From the human T2T-CHM13v2.0 reference genome, Homo sapiens: 64,000 bases of DNA. Below, one piece after another: positions 28,301-44,125 of the stretch (position 1 is its first letter; the number at the start of each line of letters is the position of its first letter). A program made the position numbers and the translations under genes. A model generated the notes under the pieces. That model searched no databases, was not told where the DNA came from, and saw only the letters and a list, made by a program, of their open reading frames with translations. The stretch lies in NCBI RefSeq assembly GCF_009914755.1, contig NC_060926.1. The stretch is one strand, 5' to 3'.

Positions 28301-28441
28301 TAACCAAATTTTAGTTTTGTTTACTTTATCAATTTTTAATTCTTTATTTTATGTATTTCCACCCTAGCTTTGTAATCTCTTTCCTTAGTGTGCTCTTCTT
28401 TTTCTAGTTTTTTAGGGTGGAGAGTTAGAATACTGATTTGA

Positions 28442-28747
<306 letters not shown>

Positions 28748-31700
28748 GAGATCTTTTTTTAATGTAGGCATTTACAGCTATAAATTTCCCTCAAAATTAT
28801 TGCTTTAGCTGCATCACATAAATTTTGGTATGTTGTAATTTTGTTTTTATTAATTTCAAAATGTTTTCTAATTTACTCTAGTGATTTCTTTGCCTTATCG
28901 GTTATTTAGGAGTATATTACTTAATTTCCACAAATTTGTGAATTTCCTAAATTTTATTTTCTTATTTATTTCTAATTTCATTGCATTGTGGTGAGAGAAC
29001 TTACTTTGTATGACTTTAATGTTTTTAAATTTATTGAGATTTATTTTATTGCTTACATATGGTCTATCCTAGAGAATATACTATGTGCACTTGAGAAGAA
29101 TGTGTATTTTGCTGTTGTTGGATGGAGTGTTCATAGATGTCTCTTGTATCTTGTTGGTTTATAATGTTGTTCAAGTCTTCTGTTTTTTGTTGATCTTCTG
29201 TCCAGTTGTTTTACTATTATTGATCTTCTGCCTAGTTGTTTTACTATTATTGAAATAGAAGTATTGATGTCTCCAACTATTATTTTGAATTGTCTATTTC
29301 TCCCTTCAATTCTGTCAGTTTTTGGTATTGCATGTATTTTGGGGCTCTATTGGTCAGTATATGTTTATGACTGCTGTATCTTCTTGATGGATAGACCCAT
29401 TTATCATTATAAAATATCTTTTTTTCTCTCTGGTAACAATTTTTGTCTTAAATTCTGTTTTGTTTGATATTAGTATAGCCATTTCATCTTTCAGTTATGG
29501 TTTTCATGGTATATCTTTTTCCATCCTTTAAAATTTCAACCTATTTGTGTCTGAATTTAAACTGTGTCTCATGTAGACATCATGTAGTTGGATTATGTTG
29601 TTTTATCTACAATGCCAATCTCTGCCTTTTTATTGGAGTATATATTTATATTTAATATAATTTTTGGTAGGGTAGGATTTATAGATGCCATTTTTCTATT
29701 TGCTTTCTATATGCCATATGCATTTTTGTTCCTCTATTTCTTCATTAATGTTTTCTTTTGTGTTAAATACATATTTTCTAATATGGCTTTTTAATTCTTT
29801 TTGTTGTTATTGTTTCATTTACTACATATTTTTTTTTTGTTATTTTCTTAGTGGTTGCCCTGTGGATTACAAGTAACATCTTAACAATCTAGTTTGGATT
29901 AATACCAATTGAATTCAATAGTATATAAAAACCTTGCTTCTATATTGTTTCATCCCCACTCTCCTCCTCCATACTATTATTGTCATACAAATTACATGTT
30001 TATACACTGTATGCTGATCAACAGAGATTTATAATTGTTGCTTTATGACTTTTAAATCAGATAGGAGAAAAAAAGAGTTGCAAACAAAAATACATTTATA
30101 CTGTCTTTTACAGTGACCTATGTTGTAACCTTTACATGTGCTTTTTATTTTTTAAATATGGGTTCAGTTATTATCCTTCATTTCACCCTGAAGGACTCCC
30201 TTTAGTATTTATTTTTAGGCCAGGTCTGCTAGTGATAGATTCTCTCAGTTTTTGTTTAGCTGGGAATATTTTATTTTTTTCCTAATTTCTGAAGGATAAC
30301 TTTGATGCATATAGGATTCTTGGTTGACAGTCTTCTTATTTCTGTGTTTTGAATGTGTCATCCTATTCCGTTCTGGCCTCCATGATTTCTGATGAGAAAT
30401 CAGCTGGTAATCTTTCAAAGTTTTTTTTGTGTATATGATAATTTGCTTTTTTCTTGCTGCTTTCAGGATTCTCTGTCTTTGGCTTTCAACAGTTTGATTA
30501 TGATATATCTGGGTGTGGGTCTCTGAGTTTATCTTATTTGTAGTTCCTTGAACTTCTTAGGAATGCAAGTTCATATTTTTAATCAAATTTGGGAAGTTTT
30601 GGCAGTTATTTCTTCAAATACTCTTTTTTGATCCTCCTTCTCTCCTCCTTTCTGCAGCTCTCATTATGCTTTTGATGGTGCCTCACAGGTCTCTGAGGCC
30701 CTGACCATTTTTTAAATCATCCTTTGTTCTTTATTTTTCTCAGACTGGATGATTTCAATGGACCTATCTTCAAGTTTGCTGCTTTTTTCTACCTCCTCAA
30801 AACTTCTTTTAAGCCTCTTTGGTGCATTTTTCTTTTCAGTTATTATACTTTTCAACTCCAGAATTTCTATTTTTTTCTTTACAAGAATATTTCTGTCATG
30901 TTGCTAATATTCTCTATTTAGTGAAATATCACTCTCATCCTTTCCTTTAGTTATTTGGATAGGTTTTCTTTACTTCTTTGAACATATTTAAAATAGCTGA
31001 TTTAAAATCTTTGTAAGGTAAGTTCAATATTTGGGATCCCTCAGTGACAGCTTCTATTGACTGCTTTTTTTTTTCTTTTACTTTGAATGTCTCGTACTTT
31101 TTTGGTTGAAAACTGGGCATTTGAAATAACATACTATGGCAGCTCTGAAATTAGATTCTTGTCCCTTTCTAGGGTTGATTATTGTTTTTATTGTTGTTGC
31201 TGTTGTTCCTTTAGTGACTTTCCTGAACGAATCCTATGAAGTCTATATTCTTTGTCATAGGAGGCCCCTTAAGTCTCTGCTTGATTAGCTTAGTGGTAAA
31301 CTAATTATTGTACAGAAATGTTCTTAGCCTGCTAAAACCAATAAACCTTCCAGTCTTTGCCAGTGGGGTTTGTTGTGTGCATGTTGGGTATGCCTTCAAC
31401 TCTGCCTTAGCTTTCACTTCCTGCTTACAGAGCCTCAGGGTCAGTCTGATGAGTACCAAATGGAATGATAGTTTTGAAGAATACAAATGTAAGCTACTAC
31501 TACATTTGTGGTCCTTTATCTGTCATTGTTCTCATACTATATTGTTTTCCCTTTGGAAGCACAGGCATTTCCTGACTTATAAACAGCTAACTTATATGTA
31601 AACAGCTACCTTTAATGCCTTAGACCTCACAACCACTGCCATGGGGCTCATGTTGAAAAAACAAATTAAAAAAAAAAAAAGAACTTCGAATTTTGAGAAA

Positions 31701-31766
31701 ATGTGTGGTTTCATCAAAAAATAAAAAATAAAAAAAAAAGCTTCCAAAAATCAGAGATAGTTTGGG

Positions 31767-31951
31767 TAGTTTTTCTCAAAGGGAGATTCAGAGACTACCT
31801 GCATCAGAATTACTTGGGATGCTTGTTAAAATTCAGCTTCCTGGCTCCATCTCAAAACTTTTGATTCAGTATATCTGGGGTAGAGTTCAGGAGTTTACAT
31901 TTTTAACGAGCCACCTAGGTGATTCTGATGTACACTAATATCTGAGAAACT
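31767..31951. mobile_element. MER5A-like DNA transposon
   Basis: Termini tagtttttctcaaa...tgagaaact; internal gcatcagaattacttggga and ggtgattctgatg. Confidence 0.8.
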
Positions 31952-32916
31952 CCTTAGGGAAGATGATCCTGTAGGTACATTCACAGGAGGGACTGGGGCT
32001 CATGATGCAAATTATGCTCAAATATTAATCTCTTCCCTTCACTATATAATCTTTTTAAAATTTCACCTTTATATGCACTCAGATTCCACCAATTAGAGAT
32101 TTATTTGCATCTATGAAGATTTTTTTAAACGGCTGGCAGTGTTAAAGGACTAACATTCGCTCATGCCTTTAAAAAAATTAGTTTAATCAGATTGCATTTA
32201 TCCAAACAACTGGCCAAGATTATTTAAAATGAGAGGAGAACATTTTATAAGTTTTTTTAAATTTTAAGACAGAGTAGATACTTTTCATGAAATTCAGAAG
32301 CCTCTAGGAGAAGAGAATAATGGACCCATGTTAATTTATGCAGTAAAACATGGGTGTGTGAGGTTGGTGTGAGGAGGTGGAGAGTGTACTAGATGAATCA
32401 ATGTGTACACCTGCCCATATCAAAATATTGTGCCTAGGGCTGGCCATACAACCAGATAGGGGAGGAAAATTATTTTCTTTCTTGTTCCTACTTCTAGTAT
32501 TACCCTTTTTTCTCGAGATCTAGAATTCAGGTCAGTATAACTGTATTAAGGAATGATATCAGCTGCACTAGAGTTAAATAGGTTTTCGAGGTTTGTCTGG
32601 AGATATAATCACCACCTAAACCATGTGGAAGGTTATCTTTATGGAAAAATGTCTTCTGGTTTCCAAATAACACACTTCCTAATGAACTTCATGAGGCTAC
32701 CCTTGAGAGTTTGAGACTGGATCAGATCCAGATGTGTGATTTATCTGTGCTAATTTAAAATTCTAAGCTGATTTTCCCAACCATCTGTGTACTTTTAGGC
32801 CATTGCTCCTTAAGGAGTTTTGTGTTTAGGTAAAACAAGCTCCGTATGGGAAAACAATTAGGGGAGTATAGATCCTTATACAATTTAATACATTAAAAAA
32901 TGAAACCTGATTTTAA

Positions 32917-33231
<315 letters not shown>

Positions 33232-35618
33232 TGAACAAAATTCCCACCACCCCTCTCACATCTGGACAGAAGGATGTTGTTCTTATCCTCTGTGAGCCTC
33301 TGGGCCCAATCAGATGTGGTCAGAGACTCAGAGGATCATTTCCCTATGCTGTGGACACAGTTTGCTTAAAAATAAAATGTGTGGAAACCTGGTATAAGGT
33401 CTTGTGAGATAGTCTGCCCTGGTGGCATCTGTACACAGCTGCCTACTGAATCTTTTGTTTGCCGAGTTGTTGGGTGTAAGGACCTGCTGTACCCCTTGTC
33501 TTGTAAACCAAGGAGATTATACCTTAGGGGCTCTTATTTTTGTTTTGTATATACAATATTTATTTTAGCTACTGTGTTCATCTCCGACCTTTGTATTTCT
33601 GCTAAAATACCTTTATGAGTGTATGTCATAATTTTCTCAGAGGGTGTCTACATCTCAATGAAAGGAACTATTCTTTTTCACTGTCAGGAAAATGTGAAAC
33701 TCTAGAAAGCATCATGCAGTGTGAAACTAAAGAGGGCTGATATTTACCTAAAAACTGTTGATTTAAGCTGCCTGATGATAGATAGCTCCCCGAAACGAAA
33801 AACTACTGTGAATTTTTTTGGTCTTTGCCCCCATCAGAGGTTGACATTGTCATTTTCCAATGAAATAAGTAACAAGGACTTCAGGATCTTGTTTGGTGGC
33901 CAAAGCCACTGTAGAAAACTAATCAGAGTCTCTCATTCTGTAAGTAAATCTCTCTGCGGATTAAAAGGCTCTGTTCTGAATCTCAAACACATAAATGGAA
34001 GCTCTTATGATATTGCCAGAGCAGTGGTCTAATATACATATTATGGCAGGCAACTTTAAGACTTAATCATCTTTCCAGAGAGCCATGTAGTTACTGGCTC
34101 AGGTCAGGGGAGAAAAGATCATCATAGGAGCCTGAAAAAGAACCTTAGCTCTTTAATAGTTTGTACCTTGTGATTGCCCAGCAAGGCAGTATTTGAAGAT
34201 TCTTCTTTTAATCCTTTTTGGAGTTCTCATGGAAAGATGCTTTTAGCAGTCTCATGCATGTCTATTTCTAAGAAAGTCACACTTGGTGATCTGTAGCACA
34301 TTTACTATATAAGCTTAACATGACTGGTACTAATGCAAATCCCATGTGGATTATATCTGAACCTTGTGCCTTTTCAGAGTCACAGAAAATAGACTATCAC
34401 TCAAACCATAGGAAATTTGGGAGGCTGTAAGATAATGGTGACTGAACCATACTACATTTCCCCTGCTCAGATGTGGCTGTCTCAAAAACTACTTATACCC
34501 TTAACATTAAACTCAGCGTCTTTAAATTATCACTGCTCCTGGCCCCTTATTCATTGGTGTCCACATTTCTTCTTCTAGGCAGAAATACTCTCTTTTAATT
34601 TGGATGCTCTGAGTGGGAAATGAGAAATCCCTCTTTAAAAAAGGGATGGTCTCTCTGTGGCTAAGGTGCTAAGAGCAAGACTGGAAGCTACTGTAATCCA
34701 TCCTCCATGAAGCCGCCCCTAAGCTGCCCAGGAGCCACACAAACACACAATAAAGTGATGGCTGCATGGGCACTTTCACTTTAGCAGAGCAGCCCACACT
34801 TCGAACAGTGTGATCTGCACCTTGTCTTGGCCCCATGTGTACACAGGTGTGGATGATCCACGTGCATTTGCCCAGACCTGTTACCTGGCCTTGGGGGCAG
34901 CAGATGTATGCTTGGGATGTGTTGTTTTAAGAAGGGTGATTGAAATTTAGCGAACAATTTTTAAAGTTAGTTTTGTTAAAAAAAATCCTTTGAGATGGAG
35001 CTGCAAGGTAAATAGAAAAGATTCAAAAGCATTTTTTAAAAAAAGAAGGAAGAAAATAGAAAAAGTAAAATAGCTGGAAGGTAGGCAAGGTGAGTGCTGG
35101 TTTAGCAGTTGGAGGCAACTTGTGTCCAGGTACACGTAGTCAGCCTACCTCTTGGTTTTGTCAGGCATGTGGGGAAAGAGCTGGATTTCTGGCTCAGTGA
35201 TCACAGTTGTGTTTTTGCAATAGACCAAACTAGACAGTTGGGCCACTGTATAGTGGAGATTATGTAGTGGAGACTCATCCTATTGGACTAGTACTTCCTT
35301 CACCTGGGTAAATGGATGCCCAGGTTGTGGGATCTATGCTTTAGGGGAGAAGGCATTTCTGAGCAGATGTTTCAGAGGAAAGGGTGTTTATGAGCACATG
35401 TATCCTGTGTGCACTTTACACCACTGTTCCACTCACCACAATTGCCTTCGCTTTCTCAAATTGTTTTTGAAAATAGGCAGGAGTAGATGTAAATGAAGAA
35501 GTAAATAATTGGCATCTGTGGTGATCAGATAAAACCCTATTTCACAATAGCTTTTTTAGGCTCTTTCTCCAAAGCTAGATTAAGTACAGCCACTACCAGG
35601 GTAGTAACCTACATTTCT

Positions 35619-35672
35619 TTTTTTTCCCCTTTTAAAATTTCAATAGTTTTTGGGGTACAGGTGGTTTTTGGT
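35619..35672 (-). mobile_element. Ultra-short L1 3' terminus (L1PB-like) with 14-bp TSD
   Basis: tttcaatagtttttggggtacaggtggtttttggtt; TSD taacctacatttct at 35605-35618 and 35673-35686. Confidence 0.85.
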
Positions 35673-36016
35673 TAACCTACATTTCTATTGTTCTGTTAAG
35701 GCTAACAGATATTTCTCAGACCCACCTCACTCTTTGTTTAAGTCATTTGACATCTGTTACTCAGGTCTATCCTGGGCTTGTCCTCTAGTCTATTCTCCAC
35801 TTAGTGTGGACTTCTCCACGGACTCAGAGACGGTATAGTCTGACCCTCCATTGGTTACACCCCATCAGTCCTCTTATGGAATACCTGGGAAGAGTATTCC
35901 CTATGCCTCCTTGTCCTGTGGGCTCTAAGCCTGTCCATGTAACTTACTAATTTTCACAATGTATACAAAGCCCTAATTCTCTAATTCTTAATGACTTTCC
36001 TGAATTCTGATTGTGA

Positions 36017-36217
<201 letters not shown>

Positions 36218-36461
36218 TGAAGGCTGCTCTGCATGCGGCTAGCTAGTGTCGCTTTGTTATCTCCCTGTTAATTTTGTTTTCACTGTTAGAAAAGCAACCA
36301 GAAGGTCATTTTGGCTTTGCTGGAAAATACAGAATTTAAGGAAAACAACAGTGTGAGAAATGCATCCTCTATATCCCCATTGTGGCCTGTTAGTAGGTTG
36401 GATGGAAGTGTCTTGGGTTTAATCTCTATATGAGCCCAGTCTGTTTTTTTGCTGTACTTTC

Positions 36462-36758
36462 TTTTTTCTTTTTTGTTTTTTTGAGATGGAGTCTCACTCT
36501 GTCACCCAGGCTGGAGTGTAGTGGTGCGATCTTGCCCCACTGCAACCTCTGTCTCCTGGGTTCAAGTGATTCTCCTGCCTCAGCCTCCTGAGTAGCTGGG
36601 ACTACAGGCATGTGCCACCACACCTGGCTAATTTTTGTATTTTTAGTAGGGTTTCACCATGTTGGCCAGGCTGGTCTCGAACTCCTGACCTCAGGTGATC
36701 TGCCTGCCTCAGCCTCCCAAAGTGCTGGGATTACAGGCAAGAGCCACCACACCCCACC
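36462..36758 (-). mobile_element. AluS (Sx/Sz-like)
   Basis: Full dimer with cctgacctcaggtgatctgcc. Confidence 0.95.
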
Positions 36759-36934
36759 TTCTGTTCCTTCTTTCATACTGTGCCCCAAACCCTGGCCTGG
36801 ACTCTTGGCAAACATGGACCATTGCTTATGAGGTGCCCTCAAAGACAGAGGGGGATAGATCAGCACAACCCATGCCCCGCTGGATGTCAATTCAAAGCAT
36901 GCTTTAGTGATGGTGTCATTTTTACATACACAAC

Positions 36935-37760
<826 letters not shown>

Positions 37761-40718
37761 TTTTTTTGACTAACAGCTAAAGGGTAGTTTTGTCTAAAAA
37801 TGTGCCAGGTGCTGAGTTGATGGCTAACACTGACCGAAGGTAGCTTCAGGGAAGAAATCTTTCCTTTCTTCTCCTCCTTCACAGAAAACTCGTGTATTAA
37901 TGATTAGTGAATGCCACATTAACTGGGCATTAACAGTTTCACACAGTATACTCAGCAACAGAACTAATATTCCCCGAGATAGATAGCCATTTTAAATAGG
38001 CTTATTTCCACTTGCTTGGAATTCTGTTATTCAAGTGACTATGCCTAGATTTTCTTGCACTTCTCACTGTAATGGGTCACTTAATTAAGCCTGCGTTAAC
38101 AGGAGGCAGCCACACCCCACCGGGGCTGACACTGTTTGCTGACTGTCTGTCTCTGAGCGTTGACGGGTAGGGGGTACTTTGCCCTCTGGCATGTTCAACC
38201 ACCCTGCAGCCTTAAGGAACCCACATCACAGGCAGGGATCCTTCCTTCTAACTCCCACTCACCCCTATCCCACTCCACGAAATGGTGCTGCAATTGGCAG
38301 TGATCTGGAATGTGGGGCATCATCACCAGCATCCTGGAACATTCAGAAGTCACATGGATGCTGCCTAGTTCTCAGCAGAAAACCAATTTAGGTTTTCTAG
38401 ATTTTGGTGAATACACAGTGGCCACCAGGACTGTAGCACAGGGAGGCTAAAATGTTAGTTTCTGAGGTTTTAGAGGAGGATTTGGACCCTCAAGACCAGC
38501 CACTGGGTTCCTGCCCAAGGGATGCATTTAAAATCCAAATTATAGACTAAAGCAGACGCGGGCAGCAAAGAACCAGAGAGGACTGCACTGCACAGAGGAT
38601 TCCTTTACACCTCTGCTGGGGCTTAATGGTTATTTAAAAATCTCCCCCGTTTTCTTCTCTCCCTTTATTTAAGCCCCCATTTCTCTGACTCTTGTCTCCA
38701 TAAATATCAAAGAGGTACAGATGTGTTGCCTCCCAACACATGGGAAAGGCCCCATAACACTCCCCTTGTCAGGAAAATGGGGGATGCTCTGGAGTGGACA
38801 AAAGCCTCAGTAGGAGGAGTTTTTAAAGGATACTTTAAATATATGTACTGCCTGAATAGTTTAGTATGCTCTTAGCAAATGAAACAATTGTTAGAACTAA
38901 AATAAATTACAAGACCATGAAAGCCTACTGAGTGCTCCTTGGGAGACTGAGGGGCCAGTCTGGTTTTAAATGAAAGGAAGTTGAAGGTTCAATGGCAGGT
39001 GGGCACAGAGGAGAGGCAGTAGTTTCCTGGGCCAGCTCCACCTCTCCCTGTTCTCAGCCCTTATTTTGGATCCATGTGTGGATTGTACCTCTGGACCAGA
39101 GGAGCTCAGAGGTCCTCAGGATCGAGCACGGGAAGCTCCTGTGTAATTGTTAGGCAACATCAAAATATGCAAAGCAATAGCCACAACAGAAACCACCACC
39201 ACCACCAACAAAAACCCAAACAATAAACTTGAAGTTTGATGACCAGTTCTGAAGGACTAACAGATACAACCTAACATTGTTAACATTGTTCTGTTGTTTT
39301 GTTTTGGTTGCCCAAACAACGTTATTGAAATTAAGGGGGAATCCACTTACAGACCTCATCACCTGAAAACAAAACAACCTTTTTTCAATATTTCCTTTAT
39401 TTTGGACCAAATCTTGCCATGTATTTGCTTCACTGTAAAAAAACAAGAAAGGAAAAGGAAGGAGAAGAAAGGGGAGGGGATGGAAGAGGGGAGAGGAGGA
39501 GCATGGAGTGGATATGCTATGCTGGATTCACCTGTTCTGTTGCTGTGGGATTTAGGGGCGTTTGTTTTGCTTTTGTTACTACAAATAATGCCTTGAAATT
39601 TCCTTTGCAAACACTGAGACAACCATGTCAATCTATTGCTTGAGATAAATTAGCTGTAGAACGTTCACATGCAGTAGGAGATGAGAGCAAAAAAAGGGTT
39701 AAAAGAATCGATTTTAATTAAGCAGAATGTCTTTAGCCACTCAAGTCAGCATCCTTCCCACAGATTTTTGATGCTAAACTTAGCCCCTTCTAATGCTCTG
39801 CCATCTTCATTCTGTGCCTGAACTTATTAGCTAAACCTTCAAATGAAGAACATCAACCATGTGACAGGTTGGCTGGTTAAAATGGAAACTCTGAAACGAT
39901 ATTTCTCCTTCTGCCTTATTGATTGCACACAGACAGGTCTTGATTACCACATGTTACACAGCAGCCCTGCTGACTGTCGATGCACATCTGGAGCCAGGTC
40001 TCACCCCTCTTCCTCTTCCCTAGGGCCATGCAAGGGCCCTCCCAGAGAGCCAGGGGCAGCCTGCACATCTCCCACCGGCCTTGAATTTAGACTTTGGATG
40101 TCACACCCTCTGAGGTTACACACACACAGGCACAGAAGCATACACAGGTGACTGAGGGAATAAGACTCTTATCTTCCAGCTTTAAGCTTCTGCCCATTAC
40201 TAGACTATACTGCTTTCAGTGTACTGTGAATGAATATTTCCACCTACATTATTAAGTGATGCATTCTATTAGATGGGTATAATATATACTTATTATAATT
40301 TAAGTTATAAATCTTTTAAAAGGTTATTCAGTGCAAACATTTTAAAACACTTTTTAAGGTCTCTGTTGTAGGATTTTTAGTATTTTTTAATTCACCAGGA
40401 GTCTTAAAAATTGGATAAAGCTTGGGCCTCCCTTGGTGGGGGTCTCACTGCTCACGAAATTCATTCACCTTCACAGGCTGTGCCTTGAGTGGCCAACTGG
40501 AAGATCACACACAGCATGAGACAGTCCCTTCCTGACAGCAGAGACAGAGAAGACAGAGTCCAGGCAGCCCTAGCAGAGCTCCAGGGACAGTTAACACCCA
40601 CCCACACTGGTTATTCATTCTTTTGTTTTAATGAATCCAAATTTTTTTTAAAAAAAGACTCAACCATGGTAGGTGTATTGAATTATCTAGATTATCCATT
40701 GATTATGACATGAAACTA

Positions 40719-41029
40719 CAGGTCCATGATACTTTTTCTATAACCTTGGGGGCCAGGTGTGTTTTGTAATTCAGGATCTAAAACTTTTTATTTTAGAAGA
40801 GTAACACGGTGCATATATCCTGTGTTATTTAACACCCTCTGCAAGGTCTGGGGTGGCATCTTGAAATCAAATACATTAATATTCCTGTAGCTAAACATAC
40901 GAATATTCACACTAAATGGGATCAATAAGTACTAGAATAGCCTGTGTCAGACCAGGCCAGGATTTGCCACTACAGAGATTGCTTCAATCTTTCAGAAAAT
41001 GATTGGATGCTTTTGGGATTTAGGAATTG

Positions 41030-41030
<1 letters not shown>
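40719..41030 (+). mobile_element. MER46C-like TcMar-Tigger element
   Basis: ta|caggtcc...ccttgggggccaggtgtgtttt...gaatattcacactaaatggga...tttaggaattgc. Confidence 0.75.

Positions 41031-41034
<4 letters not shown>

Positions 41035-41074
<40 letters not shown>
41035..41074 (+). repeat. (TG)20 microsatellite
   Basis: Perfect dinucleotide run read directly. Confidence 0.98.
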
Positions 41075-41080
<6 letters not shown>

Positions 41081-41659
41081 TTTCTTTCTCTCTATTAGTT
41101 CTGCCAGTCAGTTAGGACAATATAGGAATGGCTTTTTGAGTAATCTGTGTGCAAACTAGCATGAGGCATTTGAAGGAAGACCAAAGAGATCAGAACGATG
41201 GGCAGGCCATCTTTTGAAGGAGCAGGGGAAAAAAATCAATGTTTATGCCTTTGGGTGTTGTAGTTACATTATTTATCAAGCAGGCTAAACAGGGTGAAGC
41301 AACTTCCACTCCTTTCAGTCTTTTAAGCACATTAAAAAACGGTGGTCAAAAGAGTGGGCCCCGTTACCCTAATTACATCTTACCAGCCGGCATCATGAAG
41401 ATTTTAGGGTAGGAAATTAGGTTGATGATTGCAAGGATGATAGCATAAATTTACTTCTGTCCTGATGTGAAAATATCCCTTCTAGCCCTATAATTCTGTG
41501 ATATCGTGGTATCTTCTAATTAGGAATATTGGCAGAAAACCTTTTAATATTTTATAAGAAAAGTAGTTGCATGCAGGGCTTGTCAGGAAACCAGTAATTT
41601 ATTCACTTTTTTGAAGATGCTGCCAGCAGTAGTAAGGACCGAGCTCAGGACTCAGGAAC

Positions 41660-41681
41660 CTCTCTCTCTCTCTCTCTCTCT
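41660..41681 (+). repeat. (CT)11 microsatellite
   Basis: Read directly. Confidence 0.9.
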
Positions 41682-42380
41682 GGGGGACACTAGCTGGCTG
41701 AAGAGTATCAGCTAGGCAGGGGAGAAGTGGAAAGGAAGGGAAAGCCTCAGAGAAGAATGGAGGAGAGGCCACCTTTCTCCCCATGGATCTTCAGGAAGGA
41801 CCATTAGATTTTGAACTTTCTGAATGCAGAGGTGATACCTTATTAATCCTTCCATACTCCTTTCGCATACCTTGCATTAATTAGATTGCTGCCAATGAAA
41901 ATGCAGCATTATCAGAAATAACTTGCTACATAGGTAATCCCTACTTGGGGTAATTTGTGATGAACCGACTCTTAAGTTGGTAGAACTCAATGTATTGCAG
42001 AATTCAGTTTCGTTCAGGTTTTCTTCACTCCATGTGCTCAGCTCTGTTGGACTCCATGCAGAACTTACGGGAAGTCTAAGAGATCCCTATGACCTTTTCC
42101 TGAGATGCACGGAGGAGAGTAGAGTGGAGAGAATGCTTGAAGTTCCTGACCACATCAATGTTGAACTGAGTCCAATTGTGACCAAGAAGAGCTCATGAAA
42201 CTAAACTATCTCTAATATACCAGAACTAGGCTTGGGACGTGGTAGATACTTGATAAATAATTGCTGAATAACTTATTGAGTAACACTTAGAATAGCACAA
42301 TCTTGCTAAAACCTATAAAAAAGCTAAAAATATATTTCATGCATGAGTACAAACACACACATACTCACACGTGTGTGGAA

Positions 42381-42747
42381 TGTTATGGGCTGAGTTGTGT
42401 CCCCTCAAATACACTTGTTGATGTCTTTGTCCCCTACCTCAGAACGTGACAGTATTTGGAAATAGGGTCTTTAAGTTAAAATGAGGTGATATGGATGGGC
42501 CCTAACTAAATATGACTGGTGTCCTTATAAGGAGATTTGGTCATGGTGACAGAGGAGAGACTATGTGAAGACACAGGGAGAAGATGGCCATTGACAAGCC
42601 AAGGAGAGAGTCCTCAGTTTAAAAAGCCAACCCCGCTGACACCTTGATCTTAGACTGTAGCCTCTACAATTGTGAGAAAACAAATTTCTGTTGTTTAAGC
42701 CACCCAGTCCGTGGTACTTTGTTTGGCAGCTCTGGCAAACTCACACA
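42381..42747 (+). mobile_element. MLT1B-like solo LTR
   Basis: Starts tgttatgggctgagttgtgtcccc; ends tttaagccacccagtccgtggtactttgtttggcagc...aaactcacaca. Confidence 0.88.
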
Positions 42748-43944
42748 TATGAGTACTATAAGACATGTATGTGGAACCTGAAATAGAATTCCACACTCTC
42801 AACATTGACCTAAAACTATTAATCCAGCTATAGTAAGAATGCTTTCATCATTTCAAACAACTCTTTTTCTTGATGCCTTTGAATTTAGGATTTTTTGTTT
42901 TGTTTTTTAAAATATCTTGAATGGGTTAGGCTTCTTTTACAGAAGCTTGTTGGAAAAGTTGGAAACAATGCTTCTCTCCTCTTAGTACATTTCCTTGTAA
43001 TCATCACACATTCCTGCCCATCTCACAAATCATTGTGGTGGCAGCTATGCATGTGCAAACATTCTTAGAAATGCGAGGGTCTGAAAATGAAGAGCTCCTA
43101 GATATGGTTTTCTTGTCATTCTTTCCTGCCCTGCTTTCCTCTTACTTACTAAGAACAACTTCGAGAGCACTTTGAAAGGAGAAGAGATGTTACAGAAGGG
43201 CAAGCTATAGGGGCATTTGTGGGAAGGGGGATGGAGAGAGGGGATGGATTTTTGGGCTGATAGGCCTCCTCTCCACCACGCTCAGCTGAATGAGTAAAGG
43301 CAACAAGAAATAAAACAAGTCTGCATCAAAGTTTGATGCGTGCCCTGTTCCAAAAAAAAAACTTAACTGGCATAGAGATAACACTTAAATTAATACAAAT
43401 AAATAAAGTAAGACAAAGGGACAATCAGGTTTCTGAGGCAAGATGGATCCAAGAGTGAGATTAGAAGCCAAAAGCATGCCATGAAATCCCATACTTTTGC
43501 TCATGGTGGGCTACAGATTTAGCTTTAGGGAGCTTCAGTGCTCTGGCAACTTGGATAAAGAAAAATTCTGTTAATGACATCATTCACAGTGTCCATGAGG
43601 TAAGCACAAATCAATTCCCCAGGAAAAGCACAAACATCCATGACACTGAGAGCAGAGAGAAATCATTCTGGTTAAATCCCCAGATTAGATTGTTTCTTGT
43701 AATTCTTTTCTATTCAGTATGAACCGGTGGTTTAATGATAGAATTCATGTCATCAAAAGCAATTTTATGGGGTTGGCAGGGGAGAGGAGCTAATGAAAGA
43801 AATGTTAAGTGTAAAATCAGAGGGAGTATATACAGAAAGATAGATACATAGGACATTCCATTTTCATTTAATTGCATAAGCTGAGTACTAGATTCACTAG
43901 GAAGTTTTAATAAATATTCTTGTTTCATGTTTCATTTTGGAATA

Positions 43945-44125
43945 ACAGAATCACAGAAATTTGACACTCTTAGGGACTTCAGTAATCAAGTTTCCCACTC
44001 TTTTTTTCCCTAGATGAAGAAACCAAGGCTCAGAGAGGTTAGGTAATTTCAAGTTTGCACAGTGTTTAGTAGAGCTGGAAACTAGAATACTTATTTCTCA
44101 CATCCCAACCCAATGCACTTGGACA
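43945..44125. mobile_element. MIR
   Basis: tagatgaagaaaccaaggctcagagaggttaggtaa. Confidence 0.7.

Noticed and set aside
43255-43720. Probable ancient repeat (also 24740-25060)
   Set aside because: Looks repeat-like, but I cannot assign a family with confidence.
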